The notes under the pieces were generated by a model. That model saw only the letters and a program-made list of their open reading frames with translations, did no database searches and had not been told where the DNA came from. From positions 1 to 64,000 of the forward strand of contig JBGCFM010000010.1 of assembly GCA_045106895.1 (NCBI GenBank): a DNA stretch of 64,000 bases. The letters are read 5' to 3'. Positions within the stretch are counted from its first letter, which is position 1. Each line of letters begins with the position of its first letter. The stretch comes from Polyangiales bacterium. Lineage in GTDB: Bacteria; Myxococcota_A; Polyangia; Polyangiales; Houyiibacteriaceae. Shown piece by piece: positions 47,567-56,165 of this stretch. The position numbers and the translations under genes are program-made.

Positions 47567-48247
47567 CTAGATTTCGACGAGATACTCGTCGCGTGTCTTC
47601 CGTTCGATAGCCGGCACCTCACAACCCTCAGCCGGGTAGCCGACGGGAATCAGAAGAAAGGGCCGTTCGTTGTTCGGTCGCTTCAGCAACTCCGTCAGAA
47701 ACTTCATGGGGCTGGGCGTGTGCGTCAGCGTCGCAAAGCCGGCGTCGTGGAGCGCCGAAAGAAGCACGCCCGTTGCGATTCCGACGGACTCGCTCACGTA
47801 GTAGTGCCTCTCACCCTCTGCTCCGGTTCGCTGCGCGAAGACCACGATGAGAGCCGGCGCGTCATCCAAGAAAGGCTTTTCTGGGCCGGTCCCAAAAGCG
47901 GCGAGGTCTTCCAGCCAGCCCTCCGGCGCGCGACCGCTGTAGAAGGCTCGCTCCTCTTCCTCGGCAGCTTCACGGATGGCTGACTTCGTCGCGGGATCGC
48001 TTACGAGGACGAAAGTCCACGGCTGTTTGTGTGCCCCACTCGGGGCCGTCGATGCCGCGTCGATGCACGTTCGAACAGCATCAAGCGGGATTGCGCGGCT
48101 CGAATACTCACGAACCGATCGCCGCCGGGCTACATTTTCTTGGAACGCTTTGGCCCGAGTCTGGCTCTCTTCGGGGGTTCGGCGTTCGAAATCCAACGGT
48201 TTCATGGCGGGCATCCTGGAGGGTGGCACTTTCGCGCCATTGCTCAA
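47567..48247 (-). CDS. Iodotyrosine deiodinase-like nitroreductase
   Basis: RRSVR.YS, TAPSGAHKQPW, EEEERAFY, KPFL..AP, YY..ESVGIA, TLTHTP. Confidence 0.85.
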   Translation of the reverse strand: MSNGAKVPPSRMPAMKPLDFERRTPEESQTRAKAFQENVARRRSVREYSSRAIPLDAVRTCIDAASTAPSGAHKQPWTFVLVSDPATKSAIREAAEEEERAFYSGRAPEGWLEDLAAFGTGPEKPFLDDAPALIVVFAQRTGAEGERHYYVSESVGIATGVLLSALHDAGFATLTHTPSPMKFLTELLKRPNNERPFLLIPVGYPAEGCEVPAIERKTRDEYLVEI

Positions 48248-48414
48248 GGTTTTCCCGTCAACCTTCTTACGGATGCCAACTGCTCGTAACTAATCAGTTT
48301 TTAGAGAATCTCGGCGCCTGACGCCCAGCGGAGCCTGCTGCTCACACGCCATGGTCCGCTGAAAAACGGCCAAAAACTCTTGAAAATGGGGGTGTTAGGC
48401 AGAAAGTGGGCGGG

Positions 48415-48431
48415 CTGGCACACCGATTGCT
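48415..48431 (+). promoter_or_regulatory. Sigma54 (-24/-12) promoter
   Basis: CTGGCAC-ACCGA-TTGCT, full consensus, in a 345-bp intergenic region. Confidence 0.8.
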
Positions 48432-48592
48432 CTACAGTTTGCCGCTCCCAGTTCCCCAATGCTTGTCGTGCGTTCCATGACAGCCCTCACCACCCGGTCA
48501 TCGCCCTCTCTACCTGGGGCGTTGACAAAGACGCTCCATCTGACAGAGAAGAGCGCTTGCTTGTTCGTTAGCGAACCCTTCGGAGAGACTTC

Positions 48593-50083
48593 GTGAAGTA
48601 CGTCCCACTTCTTACTTTAGCGCTTATGATTGCCCTTCCAGCGCACGCTCAAACCGTGCCCGCTGAAGAGGCCCCCCCCACCGACGCTCCTGCGCCCGAG
48701 GTTGCCCCAGGCGAGGAGCCCGAGCCTGAAGTCAGCGAGCCTGTCGCAGAGCCCGAGCCCGAGGTGAGCGCGCCGGTAGCGGAGCCTGAGCCAGAAGTTA
48801 GCGAGCCGGAGCCAGAGGTCAGCGATGACGCGGCCGGGCTTGGTACCGCTTCCCCTGAAGCTCAGACTCAGGACGACCTGCAAGAAGCCGAGGCTGAAAC
48901 GGGCGCGGCGGCAACTCCGACCGAAGAAGCCGCCGCTTCCGCTGCGGAGCGAGCACGCGCCAGTAACGAGAACAGCGGAACGCTGTCTGCGGCCGAGCGC
49001 CTCGCCTCTGTTGCAGGTGGACAGGGTGTCCCGTGGACCTTCCCAATCAACTGGTCGAACAACCTCAGCGTCGACTCGTTGCGGCCCACACGTCGACTGA
49101 CCTACAACCCCTTCTACTCGATGACGTTTAGCGCTGCGCCTCGCTACATCTTCTCGCCCGTTGTCTCGATCGGTGCGCGAATGTCCCTCGACGTGGAGTT
49201 CACCGACTCCAACCTCACGCCTGAAAGTCGCGACCTTGAGTGGGGAGACCTTCAGCTCGACACGACCTTCGCACTTCCATGGCATCCAGGTGGCCTCATC
49301 ATCGCGCCAGCCGTCGCTGTGCGCTTGCCAACCAGCCAGCTCAGCCGTGGTCAGAGCCGCGCCCTTGGTCCAACAGCTCGACTCGGCATCATCAAGGTCT
49401 TTGGCGTCCTCGACGGCCTCGTCGTGGGTGGCTCTCTTGGCTACACTTTTTGGGTTCATCATGACGGACAACGTCAGCAGCGCGTTGGCACCGCCGGCGC
49501 CGACAACACCGGCGTCGACAGCACAGGCCGACCGTTCGATATCAACGGCAACGCCGGCGGCGCACCAAGCTGCCCAGGCGCGTCGAACTCGCCGGATGCA
49601 ACGAACTTCGGAGTCCGAGGGTGTGCCGGTGGCAACCAAGTCCGGCATCAGCCATCCATCGCGGCCTTCGTTTCGTTGGTCCCGGTCAACCACCTGACCG
49701 TGAGCGTGAGCTTCGCCGCGTTCTGGCTCGTGAACCGCGGTCATGATGTCAGCTACCTTTCCCCTGACCAGGTTGTGACAGCGGACGGTCAGCCTGTTGC
49801 CGTTGGCGACAACAGCCCCACGCACACGACGACTGTGACGTCGTTCTCCGCCAGCGTGAGTTGGGACTTTTCGTCTTGGCTCACCGCTTCCCTTGGCTAC
49901 AGCACGCTCTCGTTCTACCCCGACAGCGATGGTTCGTTCGAGAACTTCATCTACAACGAGAACAGTCAGTTCAACTTGGGGCTTTCGTTCCGACCAGGAG
50001 CCCTCACCACGCAGCTTCGCTCTGAAGCCGCAGCCGAAGAAGAGCAGGCCGCTGAGGCCGCTCTTCAGCGCGTCGCTTTCTAG
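48593..50083 (+). CDS. Secreted/outer-membrane beta-barrel protein with PEPEVS repeats
   Basis: Signal AHA|Q; three PEPEVS repeats; amphipathic beta-strands; one Cys pair in a long loop. Confidence 0.75.
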   Translation: MKYVPLLTLALMIALPAHAQTVPAEEAPPTDAPAPEVAPGEEPEPEVSEPVAEPEPEVSAPVAEPEPEVSEPEPEVSDDAAGLGTASPEAQTQDDLQEAEAETGAAATPTEEAAASAAERARASNENSGTLSAAERLASVAGGQGVPWTFPINWSNNLSVDSLRPTRRLTYNPFYSMTFSAAPRYIFSPVVSIGARMSLDVEFTDSNLTPESRDLEWGDLQLDTTFALPWHPGGLIIAPAVAVRLPTSQLSRGQSRALGPTARLGIIKVFGVLDGLVVGGSLGYTFWVHHDGQRQQRVGTAGADNTGVDSTGRPFDINGNAGGAPSCPGASNSPDATNFGVRGCAGGNQVRHQPSIAAFVSLVPVNHLTVSVSFAAFWLVNRGHDVSYLSPDQVVTADGQPVAVGDNSPTHTTTVTSFSASVSWDFSSWLTASLGYSTLSFYPDSDGSFENFIYNENSQFNLGLSFRPGALTTQLRSEAAAEEEQAAEAALQRVAF

Positions 50084-50158
50084 TCCAGCTAGTTCAGCAA
50101 CATTCGAAAGCACCCATTGCCTCGGCAAGGGTGCTTTCCTGCATTAAGCTGGGCCCTC

Positions 50159-50617
50159 GTGAAACGGCTCATCATGGTTTTGCTCTCCGCTGCGCTCGTC
50201 GTTGGGGTCCTCATTCTCACGTCGGACGCCTACTCCTTTCGCCCGTGGGTGGAGCTCGCTCACCCCGAGGTTCAGTGGATCAGCGGAACGTCCCTTGAGA
50301 CCCAGCTTGAGGAGAGGGCGGACGTGATGCTGATCGATGTACGCACACAAGAGGAATACGACGCGAGCCACCTGCCGGGCGCTCTGCGGGCTGGCGCGAC
50401 GCCGTCCCCAGGCCAAGCCGTGGTGGTGTACTGCTCCTTGGGTGTACGCAGCGCCGACTATGCGGAGCGGCTCCAAAGTGAAGGAGTCGAGGTACATAAC
50501 CTCGATGGCGGCATCTTTGCTTGGGCGAACGCCGGTCGCCCCATCGAGAATACAGACGGCGCAACGCGTGATGTGCACCCGTACAATCGCTTCTTCGGAC
50601 TCTTCCTCGACGAGTAG
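50159..50617 (+). CDS. Rhodanese-domain protein
   Basis: IDVR..EY..SHLPGA, YCSLGVRS, NLDGGIFAW. Confidence 0.9.
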   Translation: MKRLIMVLLSAALVVGVLILTSDAYSFRPWVELAHPEVQWISGTSLETQLEERADVMLIDVRTQEEYDASHLPGALRAGATPSPGQAVVVYCSLGVRSADYAERLQSEGVEVHNLDGGIFAWANAGRPIENTDGATRDVHPYNRFFGLFLDE

Positions 50618-50662
50618 GTCGGAGCGGTTTGACGTCTTTCAAAAGAGGAGCACGCTCGCACC

Positions 50663-51655
50663 ATGAAGACAGTGTTCGTCGGCCAGACTGGTATGCGCGT
50701 TTCCGCTCTCGCGATGGGGACGATGAGCTTCGGTGGCGACGCCGACGCCAAGACAAGCGGTGCGCTCTACGCTGCGGCGAGAGACGCGGGCATCAATCAC
50801 TTCGACACCGCCAATATCTACAACAAAGGTGAGTCCGAACGCATCCTTGGCCAGCTCGCCAAGAGCGACCGAGACCAACTCGTTCTTGGAACGAAGATCT
50901 ACTTCGCTGCCGGGGCAGGACCCAACGACAGGGGCTCATCGCGCTACCACATTCGCGCCGCCGTGGAAGGTTGCCTTCGGAGGCTACAGACCGACCGCAT
51001 CGATGTTCTGTACCTACACCGCTGGGATGAGGAGACGGCCCTTGATGAAACACTCCGCGCCGTCGAAGATCTGTGTCGCGCTGGCAAGGTTCTCTACCCA
51101 GCTGTCAGCAACTTTGCTGCGTGGCAAACGGCGAAGGCGCTTGGCGTCCAAGCGCAGCGGCAGTGGAGCCCGCTTTGTGCGATCCAGCCGATGTACAATC
51201 TTGTGAAGCGGCAGGCGGAGGTGGAGCTGCTGCCGATGGCCCTCGCCGAGGGACTGGCTGTCTTCCCTTACTCTCCCCTCGGTGGCGGCCTGCTTACAGG
51301 AAAGTACGGAACCGACGCGCGGCCGGCATCTGGGCGGATCGTGGACAGCAAGATGTACCTGACGCGATATGGGCAAGAAGCGAACTTCGCGAGTGCCGGA
51401 GCCTTCACAGACTTTGCGGCGGAGCTCGGCGTTCACCCCGTTACTCTCGCCATCGCTTGGGTTCGAAGTCACCCCGCGGTGACCGCGCCCATTCTCGGCG
51501 CACGAAACGTCGATCAGTTGGCCCCAGCTCTCGCCGCGGCGGAACTTGAGCTCGACGAAGAAACTCGGGCAAAGATCAGTGAACTGAGCGCGACGCCTGC
51601 GCCGGCCACCGACCGACGCGAAGAACAGAACGCCGACTTTCTAGGCGCGCGCTAG
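50663..51655 (+). CDS. Aldo/keto reductase
   Basis: GTMSFG, FDTANIY, TK, LYLH, SN, YSPLGGG. Confidence 0.95.
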   Translation: MKTVFVGQTGMRVSALAMGTMSFGGDADAKTSGALYAAARDAGINHFDTANIYNKGESERILGQLAKSDRDQLVLGTKIYFAAGAGPNDRGSSRYHIRAAVEGCLRRLQTDRIDVLYLHRWDEETALDETLRAVEDLCRAGKVLYPAVSNFAAWQTAKALGVQAQRQWSPLCAIQPMYNLVKRQAEVELLPMALAEGLAVFPYSPLGGGLLTGKYGTDARPASGRIVDSKMYLTRYGQEANFASAGAFTDFAAELGVHPVTLAIAWVRSHPAVTAPILGARNVDQLAPALAAAELELDEETRAKISELSATPAPATDRREEQNADFLGAR

Positions 51656-51672
51656 GAGCGAGGCGTGTTCAC

Positions 51673-52434
51673 CTAGCGGCCGATGCCGACGCCACCCGGG
51701 CCGACAATGCCGGTCCCGCTTGGCCCGCTGATGGTCTGTCCCATCGTCGCTTCGATCATCTGGCTATCCGCCGCTTCGATCATCTGGCTACCCGCCGCCT
51801 CGATGGGGCGCCCCCCTGGACCTCGGATGGTCTGTGCGCCCATGCCGTACGGGACCTCGGCTGGAGCGGCAGGCTCCGTCGGCGCGGCTTCCATGTTGGG
51901 TGGAGGCGCCACAGGTTCGAGTTCGATGCTCGTCGTAATCGTAATCGGCGCGTTCTCAATTTCGCCACGCAAGCGGACCCGCTGCAGTCGAGTCTGAAGG
52001 CAGGCGAGCGTCGTGGCTGGCATCGCAGGACCGGACACTGTTCCGCGGGAGATGATGCCGTTCTCTGTGACCACTGCGCTGAAACGGATCGACACGCGCG
52101 TCGTATGCATGCCGAGGGCGCCACAGCTCGTCGGTGAGCCGATGGCCGCGCGAAGCTCAGCCGCGAAGTCTCGCTCTGCGTCCGTCGTCTCTTCTTCCAC
52201 CTCACGCGTCTCGCGGATCTCCGTCGGTCCCATGAGCCGCCGTTCCGGCGCTTGGTGTTGTGGAGCGAACGGGTCTGGTGTGGGAGTGGCGACTTCCGCG
52301 GCGACGGCGCCGCCCATGTTGTTGTTGTCTTGTACGCCGCGGGGTGGAGTTCGGTCGTCGTCCTCGCCGCATCCGAGAGCGGGGCCAAGAACGAGGGCCA
52401 GAGCGAGCCAGCGGGGAGCGTTGAGCCGTGCCAT
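51673..52434 (-). CDS. Lipoprotein with TonB-C-like domain and 8-aa C-terminal repeats
   Basis: LVLGPALGC lipobox; C..C core; QxIxxxxG/S repeats. Confidence 0.75.
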   Translation of the reverse strand: MARLNAPRWLALALVLGPALGCGEDDDRTPPRGVQDNNNMGGAVAAEVATPTPDPFAPQHQAPERRLMGPTEIRETREVEEETTDAERDFAAELRAAIGSPTSCGALGMHTTRVSIRFSAVVTENGIISRGTVSGPAMPATTLACLQTRLQRVRLRGEIENAPITITTSIELEPVAPPPNMEAAPTEPAAPAEVPYGMGAQTIRGPGGRPIEAAGSQMIEAADSQMIEATMGQTISGPSGTGIVGPGGVGIGR

Positions 52435-52491
52435 CGCTCCATCATAGTGCAAAGGACAAGACCCCGGCGAGTTCGTGGAGCCCTGCGAGGG

Positions 52492-54468
52492 CTAGAGTTG
52501 CAGCCCTACACGCTGAGCTTGCTCTCGCACGGAGCGGATGACGTCTTGTTGGCTAGCGATCACCGTGCGGGCTGTGGAGCGGTCTCGCGCGAAACTCTCT
52601 CCATACCTTCGCTCTCGTGTTCGAAGATGATCATCGAGACGGCAGATGCTCTCGATGGATCGAGCGAGTTGGAGTGCGGGCTGAGCGGCGCGCGGGCCGA
52701 GATCCGCCGCGTAGTCCTTGAGGCTCGCGAAGGACGGGTGGAAACACGGGAGCGGGTCACGAGCGACGAGTTGTTCGACGTGAGCGAGCTGTCGTAGGAG
52801 CTCGGCGCGATCTCCGGGTGGCAGTATCGTCTCGTCCCGTCGTTCGAGATCACGCCGGGCTCTGTCGAAGCTCCCTCGAAGACGGGTGATGCGCGTGGCT
52901 CGACTCGAGCGGTCTCCGTCAAGCTCCACGAGCTTCTCGCACATGAACTCCCTCGAGTGTGAGGTGGAGCGCGGCTGCATGTCTTCCGGTATTCCAGGCA
53001 CGGCGCTCGGAGCGCGACACACCGTGCGCGCGTCAGTACCACGGCGCTCGGTTTCGTCGAGCCACCGAAGCACACGCTCGTAGTTTGCGATCCGAGCCTC
53101 GGCTTGACGAATCGTCGTGTTCCACGCGCTTCGGTTCGACTCGGCGGCGGCGCGCATGGCGTCCGCGACCGGCCCCGGCGGAGCTAGCGGCGGAGCCGTT
53201 TGCGATGGCGCTGCCGTTTGCGGTGGCGCTGCGGGTGGGGCGCCTACTTCCGGCGACTCGCGCCTGGTCGGTGTCATCGCGCTGGCGCGCGCATCCCTGC
53301 CGTCTTCCCCGTCGTCTTCCACGAAGCTTGGGGAAGCTTCGGGCGCGACAGAGGGCGCGATGACCTCGGGTTCGGCAACGACGTTGGGGGCGGCGACGGT
53401 ATCGTCGAGGGAGGGTTCCATCCGGGCGGACGACACCTCTTGGGGGATGACCACACTCGACGCCGAGTTCAACACGATGCCAAGGGTGATGGCGCCGGCC
53501 GCGACGACGATGGCGAGCGCCACGGCCACCATACGTCCACGCTTCGGCTTCTGTTCCGGGACGAAGCGCGGCGTTGCACGGGTCGGCGGAAGAACCGGCT
53601 CGCTGAGAGCGCCCGCACTGACCGGCGCAGGAACGTCACCACGGGCGACGCGAACCAACGCCCGAAACTCCGCGACGCTGGCCGGGCGTCCATCGCGTCC
53701 TTTGCCCAGCGCGCGGAGAATCAGAGTCTCCAATTCGTCCGGGAGCTGAACACCGCGCATGCGCAAGGGCTGCGGCGGAGTCATGAGCACCTTCGAGAGA
53801 ATGGCCGTCAGGTTGGGGCCCTCAAAGGGAGGGTGGCCGCAAAGCATCTCGTAGAGCACCGCCGAGAGCGAGTACACGTCCGAGCGAACGTCGAGCTCTT
53901 CGCCGAGGGCCTGCTCCGGTGACATGTACAGCGGCGTGCCCATCGTCTGACCCGTCGCCGTTAGCTTGGTGCGTTCGGGGTCCACGGATTTTGCGAGCCC
54001 AAAGTCCAGAAGCACCGCGCGCTCGGGCAGCTCGCCTTCACGGCGAAGAAAAATATTCGAGGGCTTCAGGTCACGGTGCAGAACGCCCGCGGAGTGCGCT
54101 GCACCGAGGGCATCGGCGACCTCGTCAAAACGATCGAGGGCCTCGTCCATGGGCATCGCTCGTTGAGCGATTCGGCGCGCGAGGTCGATGCCAACGAGGT
54201 GGTCCATGACGAGGTACGCGAGGCCATCCTCGTTCTCGTGGAAGTCGTGAATCGCCACCACACCGGGGTGCCCGATCGCTGAGAGGGCTTCCGCTTCTCG
54301 CCGAAATCGTGGCAGGGCCGAGTCGTCGTTGTCCGTGAGAACCTTGAGCGCGTAGCTGCGCCCGGTGCGCACGTGTACGGCCCGATACACTTGGCCAATG
54401 CCGCCCTCGCCGATGGGGGCTCCCACTTGGTAAGGACCAAGCTGTTGGCCGCTGAGACTCCCGCTCAC
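52492..54468 (-). CDS. Membrane Ser/Thr kinase with extracytoplasmic helical domain
   Basis: GEGGIG, ALK, HRDLKPSN, DFG, GTPLYMSPE; TM; start GTG 54468. Confidence 0.93.
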   Translation of the reverse strand: MSGSLSGQQLGPYQVGAPIGEGGIGQVYRAVHVRTGRSYALKVLTDNDDSALPRFRREAEALSAIGHPGVVAIHDFHENEDGLAYLVMDHLVGIDLARRIAQRAMPMDEALDRFDEVADALGAAHSAGVLHRDLKPSNIFLRREGELPERAVLLDFGLAKSVDPERTKLTATGQTMGTPLYMSPEQALGEELDVRSDVYSLSAVLYEMLCGHPPFEGPNLTAILSKVLMTPPQPLRMRGVQLPDELETLILRALGKGRDGRPASVAEFRALVRVARGDVPAPVSAGALSEPVLPPTRATPRFVPEQKPKRGRMVAVALAIVVAAGAITLGIVLNSASSVVIPQEVSSARMEPSLDDTVAAPNVVAEPEVIAPSVAPEASPSFVEDDGEDGRDARASAMTPTRRESPEVGAPPAAPPQTAAPSQTAPPLAPPGPVADAMRAAAESNRSAWNTTIRQAEARIANYERVLRWLDETERRGTDARTVCRAPSAVPGIPEDMQPRSTSHSREFMCEKLVELDGDRSSRATRITRLRGSFDRARRDLERRDETILPPGDRAELLRQLAHVEQLVARDPLPCFHPSFASLKDYAADLGPRAAQPALQLARSIESICRLDDHLRTRERRYGESFARDRSTARTVIASQQDVIRSVREQAQRVGLQL

Positions 54469-54514
54469 CTTGAGAGGGTGGCGAACGCGAGACGAACATG
54501 CCAGGGGATCCATC

Positions 54515-55057
54515 ATGAAACGCGCCGTACAGTCTGTCCTGGCACTGGCGGGGCTTGTTTTGCTCGGTTTCGCGCTGAGGTACACCCTCGACGACGGAGC
54601 CCCACGGAGCGAGGAGGCCATCGGGGACCCGGTGGACTCTGAAGTTGAAGACGAGGTTCGCCCGCCCGCCGCTTCTCGGCAAACCCCGCCAAGGGAGAAC
54701 GGGGAGCCGCTTCATGTGGCCGCGGAGACCGTGGAGAACGAAATGCTCGTCGAGCCAAGCGGCGCGACACAAACGAACGGGGAAGGGCTAGAGGCCGCGG
54801 GGGATGAGCTTCCAGCGCCCGAGTCCAACGAAGTGAGGCCGCTGAGGCGCTACCAAGACGATGACGCTCTCGCGATACGCCGCGCTCGCCAGATCGAGCT
54901 TGTGAGCGAGGCGCGTCGACAAGCTCGCGTCTCCCTTGAGGCAGCCGAGGAACGCGGCGATACCGAGAGCGCCGCGCAAACGCGCGGTGTGCTGCGGCGT
55001 CTAGAGCTGCGCCTCACGGCCCTGGAGGCCGCCGCTTCCTCCGCCGAGCCGTACTAG
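54515..55057 (+). CDS. Hypothetical membrane-anchored protein
   Basis: N-terminal TM, acidic linker, helical C-terminus. Confidence 0.65.
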   Translation: MKRAVQSVLALAGLVLLGFALRYTLDDGAPRSEEAIGDPVDSEVEDEVRPPAASRQTPPRENGEPLHVAAETVENEMLVEPSGATQTNGEGLEAAGDELPAPESNEVRPLRRYQDDDALAIRRARQIELVSEARRQARVSLEAAEERGDTESAAQTRGVLRRLELRLTALEAAASSAEPY

Positions 55058-55151
55058 AGTAACTACGCACGGCCACATTGCGGCCGGAGCACGACAGCAA
55101 AATCGAAGCACTCTGACCAAAATGTGGCCGCAGTTATGAGATGCGCTCTAG
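55054..55151. mobile_element. MITE-like element bounded by CTAG with imperfect terminal inverted repeats
   Basis: CTAGAG..TAACT..CGGCCACATT on the left, AATGTGGCCG..AGTTA..CTCTAG on the right. Confidence 0.4.
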
Positions 55152-55159
55152 TCGTCTGT

Positions 55160-56128
55160 CTATCGAAGAGCGAGGGCGAGGGCGAGGGCGGCCACTGCTA
55201 GGAGCGCGAAGATCCACCAGGTCGCGCCGGAGCCTTTGTTCGCGGCCGGCGCCGGTTCTGCTGGGAGGGAACCAAGAGCTGGGACGGAGGGTTCTTCGTC
55301 GGCCAAAGGAAAGCCGCCGGACGAGGTGAAGTCGTCCATGCGCGCTTCGCTGGATTCGAGGCGAGCTTCGCTTTCCGGGGCCGGCTTCAAGAGCGCCTCG
55401 CTGACGTTCTCATCGCCCTTGGGAGGTGGAGCAACCTTCACCAATTCGAACGGCACGGTGGACTCGCTCTCGGCCGGTGACGCCGACGCGAGTGGGGAAG
55501 GAGGCGGCGCGTTCACGGTCACCGGAGCTGGAACTTCAGCGCTCTCCGGCTCAGTCTTTTCCACCGTCTTCGCTTTGGTCGCAGCCTCCGGCTTCGCTTC
55601 GGCGTCGGCGGCGGGTGGGGCGTCCATCGTCACGGGGCGCAGTTTGGGAATCGACGGCTGTGATTCTTGTTTCGGTGCCGCTTCAGACTCGACGGAAGCG
55701 CTCGGGCCAGGCCGCGCGCTCGCACGGCTGATGTGCTGTTCAAGGTGAGCGATGCTTCGAAGCAGCACAGGATCGTCCGGACGTTTGCTCAGCTCGGCAC
55801 GCAACTTGACGAGGGCCTCGCCGTAGCGCTTCTCTCGGACAAGGACCACGACCTCAACGTCCACGGACAGCACAGAGGCTGCGTCTGCGAGTTCTGCTTT
55901 CTGTTCTGCCTCGCTCGCTTCATCCATGCTCGGCGGCATGTCGCTCTTACGCGCGGCGTAGCTCAACCCAAGTAGCGCACGTGGTTCGTCGGGCCGGCGG
56001 CGTAGAACTTCTTCAAAGCACCACCGCGCCTTTTCGATGTTCCCATCCGTCAGCTCTCGCCGTCCCTGCTCGATCAAAGCATCGACGGGATCGTAGTCCA
56101 GCGTCTCACGGTTACTCATCGCGGCCAC
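55160..56128 (-). CDS. TPR-containing protein with Pro/Ala linker and C-terminal TM
   Basis: Two TPR-like units (..FEEVLRRRPDEPRALLGL; ..ELSKRPDDPVL); TM WWIFALLAVAALALAL. Confidence 0.75.
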   Translation of the reverse strand: MAAMSNRETLDYDPVDALIEQGRRELTDGNIEKARWCFEEVLRRRPDEPRALLGLSYAARKSDMPPSMDEASEAEQKAELADAASVLSVDVEVVVLVREKRYGEALVKLRAELSKRPDDPVLLRSIAHLEQHISRASARPGPSASVESEAAPKQESQPSIPKLRPVTMDAPPAADAEAKPEAATKAKTVEKTEPESAEVPAPVTVNAPPPSPLASASPAESESTVPFELVKVAPPPKGDENVSEALLKPAPESEARLESSEARMDDFTSSGGFPLADEEPSVPALGSLPAEPAPAANKGSGATWWIFALLAVAALALALALR

Positions 56129-56165
56129 GTCTTGAAGCGTGGCGGTGCGAATCGCAACGCGTCAC

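Noticed and set aside
6585..54621. Long N-terminal extensions in the ORF track (starts 7562, 12371, 19016, 19656, 20254, 27336, 42596, 54621) as fusion proteins
   Set aside because: They overlap neighbouring genes, are low-complexity or Arg/Ala-rich, and better downstream starts exist.
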